Assembly (NCBI RefSeq): GCF_032191835.1
Contig: NC_083236.1
Span: 44,764,001 to 44,828,000, forward strand
Origin: Heteronotia binoei
Lineage: Eukaryota
Direction: 5' to 3'
DNA: 64,000 nt
A model generated the notes under the pieces. The model was not told where the DNA came from and ran no database searches. It saw only the letters and a list, made by a program, of their open reading frames with translations. This document shows positions 1 to 12,200 of this stretch, one piece after another (within the stretch, counting starts at the first letter, position 1; the number at the start of each line of letters is the position of its first letter). The position numbers were made by a program, and so were the translations under genes.

Positions 1-358
1 TACAGAAGAGGCCCAGTTTAACATCTCTTCTGAAGGACAAGTAGGTAATTACTCCTTTAGGGGATGATGATTATAGTAAATAATTTGCTACTGCTGAAAG
101 CCAAATTATGAGACACCCATAGAATTCTCATAAGGATAATCATTTGCATCTATGTATGCTTTTCAAAAGACCCACCTTACAACTGGTATCAATAATGGCA
201 TTTTTCCTCTATAAGTTTTTAAAATTCTGATTCATATGTAGAAAATTATATGTTCATTCATAACAGAAGTTGCATAATTAGATCACAAATATGTAAGCTC
301 TTCTAGATCAGACCAATGGGCTCTCTAGTCCAGCATCCTGTTTCACACACTGACCAAC

Positions 359-1369
359 CAGGTCCTCTTGTGGATCAAAAACTGGCTGAGTAATAGGAAG
401 CAGAGAGTGAGTATAAATGGGCAGTCTTCACAGTGGAGGACGGTAAGCAGTGGGGTGCCGCAGGGCTCGGTACTGGGTCCCATGCTCTTTAACTTGTTCA
501 TAAATGATTTAGAGTTGGGAGTGAGCAGTGAAGTGGCCAAATTTGCGGATGACACTAAATTGTTCAGGGTGGTGAGAACCAGAGAGGATTGTGAGGAACT
601 CCAAAGGGATCTGTTGAGGCTGGGTGAGTGGGCGTCAACGTGGCAGATGCGGTTCAATGTGGCCAAGTGCAAAGTAATGCACATTGGGGCCAAGAATCCC
701 AGCTACAAATACAAGTTGATGGGGTGTGAACTGGCAGAGACTGACCAAGAGAGAGATCTTGGGGTCGTGGTAGATAATTCACTGAAAATGTCAAAGCAGT
801 GTGCGTTTGCAATAAAAAAGGCCAACGCCATGCTGGGAATTATTAGGAAGGGAATTGAAAACAAATCAGCCAGTATCATAATGCCCCTGTATAAATCGAT
901 GGTGCGGTCTCATTTGGAGTACTGTGTGCAGTTCTGGTCGCCGCACCTCAAAAAGGATATTATAGCATTGGAGAAAGTTCAGAAAAGGGCAACTAGAATG
1001 ATTAAAGGGCTGGAACACCTTCCTTATGAAGAAAGGTTGAAACGCTTAGGGCTCTTTAGCTTGGAGAAACGTCGACTGAGGGGTGACATGATAGAGGTTT
1101 ACAAGATAATGCATGGGATGGAGAAAGTAGAGAAAGAAGTACTTTTCTCCCTTTCTCACAATACGAGAACTCGTGGGCATTCGATGAAATTGCTGAGCAG
1201 ACAGGTTAAAACGGATAAAAGGAAGTACTTCTTCACCCAAAGGGTGATTAACATGTGGAATTCACTGCCACAGGAGGTGGTGGCGGCCACAAGCATAGCC
1301 ACCTTCAAGAGGGGGTTAGATAAAAATATGGAGCAGAGGTCCATCAGTGGCTATTAGCCACAGTGTGTA

Positions 1370-1402
<33 letters not shown>

Positions 1403-1485
1403 TTGGCCGCTGTGTGACACAGAATGTTGGACTGGATGGGCCATTGGCCTGATCTAACATGGCTTCTCTTATGTTCTTATGTTCT
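359..1485 (+). mobile_element. Young 5'-truncated CR1 LINE (RT C-terminal half + 3'UTR)
   Basis: Stop-free 329-aa frame with GVPQGSVLGP and FADDTKL motifs; 3' tail of (CTTATGTT)n. Confidence 0.95.
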
Positions 1486-1665
1486 AAAATCCTACCACAG
1501 GGACACAAAGGTCGTCGCCTATAACAACTGGTATCTGAAGGTATACTGCCTCTAAATATGAACATTCCAGTCAGCCATCACAGCTAACAAACTTTGGTGT
1601 ACCTATCTTCCATAAATGTGTTTAATCCCTGATGAAGCCAGCTAAATTAGTGGCTTTGACCACAG

Positions 1666-1820
1666 CCCTTAAAAAGGTAAAGGTAGTCCCCTATGCAAGC
1701 ACCAGTCGTTTTCGACTCTGGGATGACGTTGCTTTCACAACATTTTCACAGCAGACGTTTTACGGGGTGGTTTGCCATTGCCTTCCCCAGCCATCTATAC
1801 TTTCCCCCCAGCAAGCTTAG
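1666..1820 (-). mobile_element. Sauria-type SINE 3' fragment
   Basis: aaggtaaaggtagtcccc...cagcaagct. Confidence 0.8.
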
Positions 1821-2881
1821 CAAGTGACAATTCATTTACAAATTCCTTTTGTCTACCTTGCATCAATTGCCTATCAAGGTCAATATTGTCTATCTGGCAA
1901 TGTCTCCCCAGGGTCTCACAGCACAGATCTTTCACATTACCTATGAATTTATCCTTTCCAATGAAGATGCCAGGGATTGAACCTGGGATCTTCTGCATGC
2001 AAACCAAATGCTCTTACCACTGAGCCACAGCTCTGCCCATCCTTTTTGAGGTGAGGCAATCGGAACTGGATTAAGTACTCTAAATACAACTGTTCTATGT
2101 AGGCATCACAATAAGGGCCATTTCATTTTCAGTCCCTTTCCCAGTAGTCACTAGTGTGAAATTGGCCTTTTTTCGCTGCTGTCACACACTGTTTGCATTA
2201 GACTATTCCCCCATGACATCAAGACCACTTCCCTGGTAAGTCACCAACAGTTCATACATGGGATCTACCCTTAACCTTATTCTGTTAGCTTAAGAATTAT
2301 TTTCCATTATTGTGAACCCACTACTGAAAAGCACTGCCTTTGGCGGAGTCATGAAATATAAATCCTGTGTCTCCAATGATTGGTCCATCTGTGGTAGTTT
2401 GTTCACGTATACAAGCTGAAGTCATCATGTGCTAGAGGAGGGGGAAACACTTATATTTTGGTACCCTTAAGATTCTGCAATAGTTTGTGCATTTCTTGAG
2501 TATGGGAAATTTATTTATTTCTGTTTATAATTTGTATACTGCCCCTCTCTGAATTCACAGAGCTCAGGGCGGTTTCGATCCAAGGTTGAAGGGAACCAGA
2601 TCATCAAATCACAGCATAGATATTCTGGTAATTTATATCACAAAATGAAGTGGTGAACATGTATTTGTGAATATGTTCTTACATTAAGTCAACTCCGGGT
2701 TGGAAAATACCTGGAGATTTTGGGGGTAGAGCTTGTGGTGGGCAGGTTTGGTGGCATCATGCCATAGAGTCCAACTTCCAAAGCTGCCATTTTCTCCAGG
2801 CAAACTGATCTGTCACCTGGAGATCAGTCATAATAGCAGGAGGTCTCCAGCCATCACCTTGATGTTGGCAGCCCTATCTCA

Positions 2882-3147
2882 GAGAGCCAGTTTGGTGTAG
2901 CGGTTAAGTGCGTGGACTCTTATCTGGGAGAACTAGGTTTGATCCCCCACTCCTTCACTTGCAGCTGCTGGAATGGCCTTGGGTTAGCCATAGCTCTTGT
3001 AGTTGAAAGAGCAACTTCTGTGAAAGCTCTCTTGGCCCCACCTACCTCACAGGGTGTTTGTTGTGGGGGAAGAAGATAAAGGAGATTGTAAGCTGCTCTT
3101 AAGTTTCTGATTGAGAGAAGGGCAGGGTATAAATCTGCAATTCTTCT
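2882..3147 (+). mobile_element. tRNA-derived SINE with L2-like tail (Squam3-like)
   Basis: Box A/B-like head gagccagtttggtgtag...ggtttgatccc; tail gggtataaatct(tct)n. The family name is from recall. Confidence 0.75.
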
Positions 3148-5621
3148 ATTAAAGTTGCAATTCTGGCTTAGGAAACTCCTGGAGACTTGAGGGAGGAGAA
3201 TGGGGTTTGGAGAGAGGAAAGATCTCAGTGGAGTACAGTGCCACAGAGTTCATCCTCCAAAGCAGCCATTTTCTGGGTGGAGACTGTTCTTTGCGGCATG
3301 GAAATCAGTTATAATTCTGGAGGAGTTGCAGCCCCCACCCGTTCTTATATTCGCATCAAATCAAACAAATTTCTTGGGATGGAAGTACAATAGAAAAACT
3401 AGCACAGACTCATATCCTGTGCTGCAAGCATCAGCTCAGAAACAGCAATAAGATCCGTTCAAAACATCCCATTAGCCATTGCGCAATTTGAATATTTTTT
3501 TTACAGGAGATTATTTTTAATCATGATAAATAACAGTATTACATTGCTCAGAAATTAGGATCAACTCCATTCCAGAAATCAAGGGGTTTTTTTTCTTTGA
3601 ACAGTGTAATTTGTAATAAATGGCATGTCTACTTTCTAATTTTAAAGACGTTGCTGAGAAAAACTTTTAGTAAAGAATATGATACACAAATCACTGCTGT
3701 TGGTCGATTTTATCTCGTGTGCACCAAACTGCACTTCTTGATGTTTGGTTTGTGTTTTCGTGCGTGTTTTCTTTTCATTTGACTGGTACTTGGAAACTTG
3801 CAGCTCAGTTGGAACAGTGTTGATTTCTTTCCAGTTTCAAAGGAGGGCAGGCTCCCTATAAACTCAAAATGTGCATTGATAGTTATCTGAGAATTAGCAC
3901 TCTTTTTTAGTGTATGGTTTCTGAGGGGAAAGGTTTCATTTCAGAAGAAGTGCTTGGAATTACTAGCTGGAATTAGATCCAAGTGGGTAGCCATGTTGGT
4001 CTGAAGCGATACAGCAAAGCTGAAGTCCAGTAGCACCTTTAAGGCCAACTAAGTTTTGTTCAGAATGTAAGCTTTTGTGTGCCTGCACACTTCATCAGAC
4101 AATGAAATGGGGCACAGGGCTGTCACGTTCTCCCCCCACCCTTACCACCAGCATGGGATGCGGGGGGGGGGGGGCAGTATAGGAGTGGCAGAGCAGGTTG
4201 GGAAAGTTCTGAAGATTTGGTGATGGAGTCTAAGGAGGACAGGGAATTCCAGGGGGTACAATGCCACAGAGTCCCCCATCCAAAGCATCCATTTTCTCCA
4301 GGGGAACTGGTCTCTGTAGTCTAGAGATGAGCTGTAATTCTGGCAGATCCACAGGTCCCAATTGGAGGCTGGGATCCCTAGAACTGAAACTTAGGTACAG
4401 ACTTAACATGGGTGTGCTTAGCACAAGATGTTGCCTGTGCTTAATAGCAGGATCCAGGGGTGGGGATTAAGGATACGGCACCATGAAAGAATTGCATAAA
4501 TCAGCTATCACTTAAAAGCCAAATAAGCCACATAGCTGACTGATACAGGTGGAAAGAAATGAAGGGGCAGAGTGAAGATCAGAATTAAGCCACACCAGGA
4601 GGTGAAAGATTTCTGTTGTAAAACATTCACTGCCCGCATGTAGGTCCTCCATTGTGATTGCTAATGGTGTAGTTCTTTGGTGTTTCAAACAAAAACTTCC
4701 CAATTTCTAACCTCAGCTCTTCAGGTCTGCTATTGTAATTATTGTTGTTGTTGTTAGGCTTATCTAAACTGAGATGCAAACAGGAAGAAACCATAAAACC
4801 ATGAGATACAAACAGGAAGAAACCATGAGACCAAATCATAAAAAACAATACCAAGAGTGACATTTAACAATCTGTTACAAAACCAAGGTTGTAACTGCTA
4901 ATGGTGTGGTTCTTTGGTGTAACAAACAGAAACTTCCCCATTTTTAAACTCAACTCTTCCATTCTGATTCTCCCCCTTGCCTCATCCGCCTTCATAGCCA
5001 GGTGAGGTAGACCTTAATATTCTTTATAATATTTGTATCCCACCCCCACCCCCTGTTTCCTGGGATACTACCCCAGGCATAGGAAAATGTTACATGTAAA
5101 GAAAACAATTTAAACAGTAAATAACAATAAAATACAAGCCTTTTCAAACAGCCCCTTAAAAGAGCAGCTATGTCTAGTCTTGGATCAAACCTAATGTTCA
5201 GTTGGTGAAAAAGAGCAAAAGTGGTTCCCCACACAAAAAAAGGCCACACTGGGGTTCATAGGTAAGGTTGCTTCTAGGTGCTGCTTGGAGGTCTCCCAAT
5301 GTAACATCCAGATGACAGAGATCAGTTCCCATGGAGAAAATGGCTGCCTTGGAGGGTGGACTCCGTAGCATAATATACCAATGAAGTACCTCCCTTCTCC
5401 AGATTCCAACCCAAAAATATCCAGGTATTTCCTAACCCAGAGTTAGCAACCACCTTGCCAGGTGCATTCCGGACTGCAGTAACGAGGGTTTTTTTAAAGG
5501 GGTGGGCTAGATCCAACTCTAGCCAGTATATTTTTATCCCATCTATCCTTTACAGAGGTCAAGGATTCTCCTTTCCTTACTTCTTCCTTATCACAGGCCT
5601 GTGAGTCAGGCCAGTCTGAGA

Positions 5622-5832
5622 TAGGGCTGCCAAGCCCCCAGTCTGGGCAAGGGAACCTCCCCCGACATCATCAGCGCGTTGATGTCACCCGGAAGTGATG
5701 TCATCGCTCCGGTGCACAGCAGCCGCTCTAGGTGTTTCCAGGAAAACTCTGGTTTTCCCAGACGCTCTAGCCATTTGGGAGGGGAAACTCTATAGTACAA
5801 TAGGAGAGAGCGGAGGGGACTTGACAACCCTA
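5622..5832. mobile_element. hAT-type MITE (TAGGGTTGCCA TIR) inside a SINE remnant
   Basis: TIRs tagggctgcca / tgacaacccta; TSD GTCTGA(G/A)A. Related short copies at about 2695-2875, 4130-4380, 5270-5460, 6665-6960, 8285-8560, 36470-36688 and 41039-41230. Confidence 0.75.
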
Positions 5833-8045
5833 GTCTGAAAGAGTGTGATACTCAAGGTCACCCGGTGGGTTTTGTAGGGCAGCCAACCTCCAGGTGGTGG
5901 CTGGAGATCTCCTGGAATTACAGCTGATCTCCAGGTGACACTGATCAGTTCACTTGGAGAAAAATGACTGCTTTGGCATTATACTTCTATTGGAGGCAGC
6001 GTTGTTTAGTAGCTGGGCTGTCGGGTATGAGTGTGAGAAATTCAGATTATTCAGACTCACTGTGCAGTCCTTCTTTGGCCAACAACAGTTTCTGTACATT
6101 GTTCTGAGTTCTTCAGGGGTTACATAGATTGAAGCAAGTTTTGGTTTTATGAAATGCAGAAGTGATCGGTTTTGCAGGTAGGCACAGAAAGCATCCCACA
6201 AAACTGAATTTACAAAACAAAATATAAAAATTTGAATTAAACTTCATTGAAACTTGGACATTTGCTTTAGCTTTTATGTAATGTAGTTTGTAACCTTTCA
6301 GGGAGGGCAGCCTGTCAGCTCTGCACGGACACCTAGTGCATTCCCAGCAACGAAGCTTAGCTTCTGGCCAAAGCTACCCCAACTGGCCCCTCAGCAAATG
6401 TCATCCCAAGATTTCTTCATCGCATCTCTGACAACATGCCCATGCTTGGGCTCTGGCACACACCTCCAAAACAGTGAAGCTTCTTAGTCAGCAGGAAAAG
6501 ACATACCAATAGAAGGAAGGGTTGTTGGAGCTTGGGGACTTTAATTACGTTCAAAATAGGTCAAAGCTCCCTGGTGTCAGATCACTAAATGAAAAGCATG
6601 TTCCTTTTTAATATATGTATTTTTTTATTTTAAAAAAAATCTGTGATAGGACACCAGTCTGGGTTTCTAACCTCCAGGTTGGAGCCGAAGTTCTCCCAGG
6701 ATTATACGACTGATCTCCAGACTGCTGAGATCGGTTCCTCTCGAGAAAACACCAGTTCTGGATTCAACACAGCAACACATTCCCACAGGCAGGTATCTCA
6801 TTGAGTCCTTCAGTATCGAGCTCCTTTCCCTCATAGGAGTGTCAGCTCTGTTGGGAAATCCCTGATGATTTGGGGGTGAAGCCTGGGGAAGGTGGAGTTT
6901 GGGGAAGGGGAAGACCTCAGTGGGAATAATACCACAGAGTCCACCCTCCAAACCAGCCATTTTCTCTGGGGAATTGCTCTCTCTCAGGGCTTTTCTTGAG
7001 CAGGAACGCACAGAAACGCAGTTCCGGCATGCTTGGGTCAGGGGGTATGGCCTAACATGCAAATGAGTTTGTGCTGGGCTTTTGTAGAAAAAGCCCTATG
7101 CAAAACAATGGTGGCATCAGGGGTGCGGCCTAATATGCAAATGATTTCCTACAAAAAAAAAGGCCCACTCTCTCTTGGTCTAGAGATCGATTCTAATTCT
7201 GTGAGATTTCCAGTCCCCACCTGGAGGCTACAACCACAAAGAGATACACAGAACAGAAGATTGCAACCAGAACTACATCATGACAACATACAAATATTCC
7301 AAAAAACTTCAATAATGTTTATAACCACATCCAATAAGTCTCACTTGTCTTAGTATATAACATCAAGATGTAGTGTACAGTTTTTACAGTCTGAAAGTGC
7401 AAAAATTAGTTCACAAAGTTCATGAAGAGCCACATGGCTTCTGATGTCCAGTTCTCATTAAAGTGCTAGTGCTGGAAACATTAATGTTCATACGGTCTTG
7501 AATAACTCAGACTCGGAAATGGAATGGGGCCTTGAAGTCAAGCCTCTCAGATGCTATTCCAAAATAGTAAAGAATCCAGTAGAACCTTAAAGATTAACAA
7601 ACTTTATTGTAGCATAAGTTTTCAAGAAACAGCTCTCTTCCTCAGATCCTAGTCCAAAACTCTCAGCACATTGCCACACTAGCAATTCAGAACAGCATGC
7701 ATTTTTCTTCAAGGAAAACTTAAAAGTCTGAGGTTTTTAAGAGAAAAACTCCCCTGTCTTGATTTTCTGGAAGCCTGTGGTCTCTTGCTGAGGAAGCTGG
7801 GCCTTCCACTTTGAGCCAGTGTTTCTTGAAGGTCTCTCTCAGCCCTGAAAGCTGATAAACGGAATCAAATGCTTTTTGCATCCAAAGCATATGCTCCACT
7901 CCACTCCTTTCTTTGTGCTTGCTGCTTTGTGTTTGCAAGAAATGGGTGTAAAAGAGGGCAAAATGGTTTTCAACTTACTTGAATGCCCTTGGCCCTGGGC
8001 TGCCTAAACAGCAGGCTTTTGGATAGTGGAAGGACTGAAGCAGTC

Positions 8046-8281
8046 ATAAGAACATAAGCAAAGTCATGTTGGATCAAGCCAATGGCCCATCCAGTCCAAC
8101 ACTCTGTGTCACACAGTGGCCAAAAAACCAGGCGCCATCAGGAGGTCCACCAGTGGGGCCAGGAGGACACTAGAAGCCCTCCCACTGTTGCCCCCACTCC
8201 AAGCACCAAGAATACAGAGCATCACTGCCCCAGTCAAAGAGTTCCAGCAATACGCTGTGACTAATAGCCACTGATGGACCT
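8046..8281 (-). mobile_element. CR1 3'UTR fragment (long-UTR variant)
   Basis: cataagaacataag tail and conserved ggccaatggcccatccagtccaac block. Confidence 0.85.
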
Positions 8282-8529
8282 GTTGCCAGCTAATGGGAAA
8301 TACCTGGAGATCCTGCGGTGGAGTCCAGGGAGGGTGGGGTTTGGGGGAGAACAGAGTACAATGCATGTTCTGCAAGACAACTCATCTCTGTTACCTGGAG
8401 ATCAATTGTAATAGTGGGAGATCTCCGGGCCCCACCTGGAGGTTGGGAACCATACTCCCCAGGCTAAAAAGCCACAGCCCAGCTTACAATGCAGTCGGTT
8501 TTCTCCAGGAGAGCCGGTCTCCGTGACTC

Positions 8530-9260
8530 AAAATCTCCAGACGTCGCCTGGAGGTTGGCACCCGCATCCCACCGCCCGCTTTCCCTTTCGTTCTAACGCA
8601 CCCATCTCCCACTTCCTGGATTGAAAGAGGAACCGAGCCCTTTCCAAACTTGGAGCTTTGAGCGACGACCACGATGGCCATTGCCAACGCAGGCCGGGCC
8701 ACGAGCTGGCCAATGAGAGCCTCGGATGGAAGGGAGGGCGGGTTGAGTCAACCAAGAGGCCACGCCCGACCGACGGCGACTTCCTAGCTCAGATGAGTCT
8801 ATATTAGTGCAGGGTGAATTTCCCCCCCTAAAGGAAAGAGACCTGCCTATAAGTGGGGGGTGCAAAATGAGGAGACCCCCCCGGGCTGCTCTGCGGGTGG
8901 TCTTCCTGGACTACCTGGCCTTTTACCGCACCAACTGGTCGGAAGGGAAACTTTCCATCTGCAACGAGGCGGCCGTCAAGGCTCCCGCTCGGCGCTTCCT
9001 GGATGCCGAGCCGTGCCCTTCGGAGGGCTTCTGCCAGTTTGACGTGTACGGCGTCGCGGCCAGGTGTTTGCAGGTGAAGCGCCAGCCGGGGGGGTTCGTC
9101 TTCCGACAGCTCATCCGCGCTTTCGAGTTCCTGGAGCTGCTTTGCGTGAACCTCTTCCTCTCGCCTTGGAGGAAAGAAATCCGGTCCTTGAAGGTAAGGC
9201 AGCCGGATGAGAGGGGCAGGCGCAGGATCTTCGCTTGAGCCTTACTTAGGTGTTGGCTTA
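8530..9260. promoter_or_regulatory. CpG-island promoter/exon 1 of the SPATA2-family gene
   Basis: Locally GC- and CpG-rich against an AT-rich, CpG-poor background; CCAAT near 8710, GGGCGG near 8737, TATAAG near 8848. Confidence 0.7.
8867..9193 (+). CDS. SPATA2-family gene coding exon 1 (109 codons)
   Basis: ATG at 8867 (the track's 8807 start is GTG); donor gtaagg at 9194. Confidence 0.85.
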
Positions 9261-12200
9261 GAGATCTGTGACCCGCTTTCCTCTTCCCACCCACACCATG
9301 GGACCAGAAGAAATTTGCAGCGGGGTTCTCCTCTCCTCCTCCAGTCCCAACAACAACCCTGTGAAGCCAGCCAGATTGAGGCAAGAGCAAGTGGCCCAAG
9401 GGCGTGCAGCGAGCTACTGTGACAGAGTGAGGAGTCAACGCCAGCACACCAGACTTTCTCTCTTCTTAGGGCCGACCCTAGACTGTCTGGCAAGGCTAAC
9501 TTCTGCCCCTTGCACTGATAATGTCACCAAGTCACATGGGGGCACCCGATTTGGTGCCCCCAGAAGGCCGGCACCCTAGGCAATCGTCTAGTTTGGCAAG
9601 TGGCAAGGCCAGCCCTGTCTCTCCCCTGCCCCCCATTTCAAACTTTGTACCTACTGAAAGGTAAATAACAGCTTGCAGGCTGGTTAGATGCAGTGCAGTA
9701 AAATGTGTTTTAAGTATTTAAACCAAAGGATGCTGTGTGAATATTGAAGTGTGGAAGTGGCTTTACATGAAAGTGAAGCCAAAACATGTTTACTTGGAAG
9801 TAAGTTCCAATGGGACTTAGCCTGCAGTCGGTCACGTATATGTTTATCTTGCCAATCCTTCAAGGAGCTCAGAACGGTGTGCCTGCTCCCCTTCTTCATC
9901 CCAGTAACCCTGAAAGGTAGGCTAGGCAAGTGAAATGGGGATTTGAAGGCAGGCCTCTCAGTCCAACATTCTCAGCACACTGCCACACTTGCACTGAACC
10001 CATTCAGAATTCCAGTGTGTATTTTCCTCCAAGGAGAACTTAAAGCTTTCTGGACTTTCTGGAAACCTGTGTGGTCTCCTGCCTAGGAAGGTAGGCCTTC
10101 CACATTGATCCACTGTGGTTGTTGGAGGTCTCTGTCAGCTCTGAGAGCTGATAAATGGGACTGAAATGTGGGGTTTTCTGCAGGGTTTTTTTTTTCTGGA
10201 AAAAGAGGTGCTGGAACTCTCAAAAGGGAAATGAAGCAAAACCACACAAATACCCCCATGAACTTTCAAACATTTTTTTGAGAATTTTGTTTCTACAAGG
10301 AGGTTCTGGAACTCCACTCCACCACATTCCCTCAGGGAAAAAGCCCTGGTTCAAAACATTGAACACTCCTTCCCTGTGCTTGCCACTTTGTGTTTGTAAG
10401 GAATGGGTGCAAAAGAGAGCAATGTACAGGAAGGATTCTCAGCTTGCTTGTATGGCCTTGGTCCTGGGCTGTCTAAACAGCTTGCCAAATTAAAATTTAG
10501 AAGGCAACGCTTTTCCTAAGCCTCCCTGAAGAATCTAGGGCATGGCCAGTTTCAGTCTTGTTATCCATTTCTTAAAACTAGAATCCCTGTGATCTTCCCA
10601 TGTGTGGGTTACATTTATAAAGCCAAGGTCCTTTTAACAAGTTCAGTGGGTGGATGGAACAAAGTAGAGTCCCATGGCACCTTTAGGACCAACAGAGTTT
10701 AATTTGGTGTGCATGCACACTTCATCAGATTAATCAGTGTGCATGCACATGAAAACTTTTATCTAGAATTAAACTTGGCTGGACCTTAAAGGTGCCACTG
10801 GACTCACACTTTGCTGTGTTTCTTCAGACCAGCACAGCTACCCACCTGAATCTTTTCTTCATGGAAAGCAGGTGGATGGGTGTGACTTGAGACATATTGA
10901 GAAGCACTGCCTAAAGGCTAAGTTAATTACTAGACCATGCTGGCATATGGTTTCTCTCTGGAGGCTGGTTACACTCTCTCATTTATTTAGCTATATTTAA
11001 ATCCTGCAGTTCTTGCACTAGTAAAACTTGAGGCAGCATATCTGGGGGTCCCAGGACGATTTCCAGCCAGGCACTGATCAGACCCGCATCTGCTTCAGAG
11101 ATGTGTCTGCATCACATATTCTACTAAGATGAGCAGCGGACTCTAATATGGAGAACCGGGTTCGATTTCCCACTACATGAAGCCAGCTGGATGACCTTGG
11201 GCAAGTCACAGGTCTTTCGAATCTCTCTCAGCCTCTAAAAACAAGTTTGCCTTGCCACTAGTATAACATCAAAAGAGAGCCAGTTTGGTGTAGTAGTTAA
11301 GTGCATGGACTCTTATCTGGGAGAACCGGATTTGATTCCCCACTCCTCCACTTGCAGCTGCTGGAATGGCCTTGGGTTAGCCATAGTTCTCACAGAGGTT
11401 GTCCTTGAAAGGGCAACTGCTGTGAAAGCTCTCTCAGCCCCACCCACCTCACAGGGTGTCTATTATGGGGGGAGAAGATATAGGAGATTGTAAGCCGCTC
11501 TGAGACTCTGATTCAGAGAGAAGGGTGGGGTATAAATCTGCAGTCTTCTTCTTCAAAAGCTAGAACTTGCAGCTACCAGATAATCTTAGGATCTCCTGAC
11601 TGTTCCACATACAATGCCATACAATGCTTGTAGAGTATTCTTTTGGTTCATGTGGCTTCTCACAATGTTGCAAAGAATCCTCTGTGCCACATATTTGTGC
11701 TACTGTCTTTGAAAAAAAGATCCCATCAACTACAAAAGAGGTGAATTTAGCAACTAAACTACAGACAAAAAGAGGAACAATTGTAGTCTGTGATTGTCCT
11801 TGATTGTCCTCTCAGTAAGTCAGATTTATTTCTTGCTTACAAAAAGGTTACCTTCCAAGCAGTGTTCCCTCTAAGCTAGTGTGTTAGTGTGAGCTAGCTC
11901 AGTGTTTTAGCCTCTGGCTCACACATTTTTGTCATAGCTCAGGAAAAATGACCCCAGAGCAAACTGATTTATGCAGCAGCTCACAACTTTAAGGCCAGTA
12001 GCTCTCAAAGTAGAATTTTTGCTCACAAGCTTAGAGGAAGTATGGCTTCCAAGTATTTTAAAACTGGCACGCTCACAACAGTTTAAGATCGCAGTTTCCC
12101 TCTCTGAGGTTGAGAAAAGGTGTTCTGGGCTTTTCCCATCCATTTCCTGATGATACTTCCCTCCCCTTCTCCCAGACTTTTACAGGAAACTTTGTCTACT

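Noticed and set aside
343-693. Antisense ORFs over CR1 (also 19099-19440, 1046-1344, 18439-18815)
   Set aside because: Shadow frames of the CR1 RT, repeated identically in both copies.
12110-12175. N-terminal extension MRKGVLGF... of the 515-aa ORF
   Set aside because: It is the intron's polypyrimidine tract; similarity starts at the acceptor (12176).
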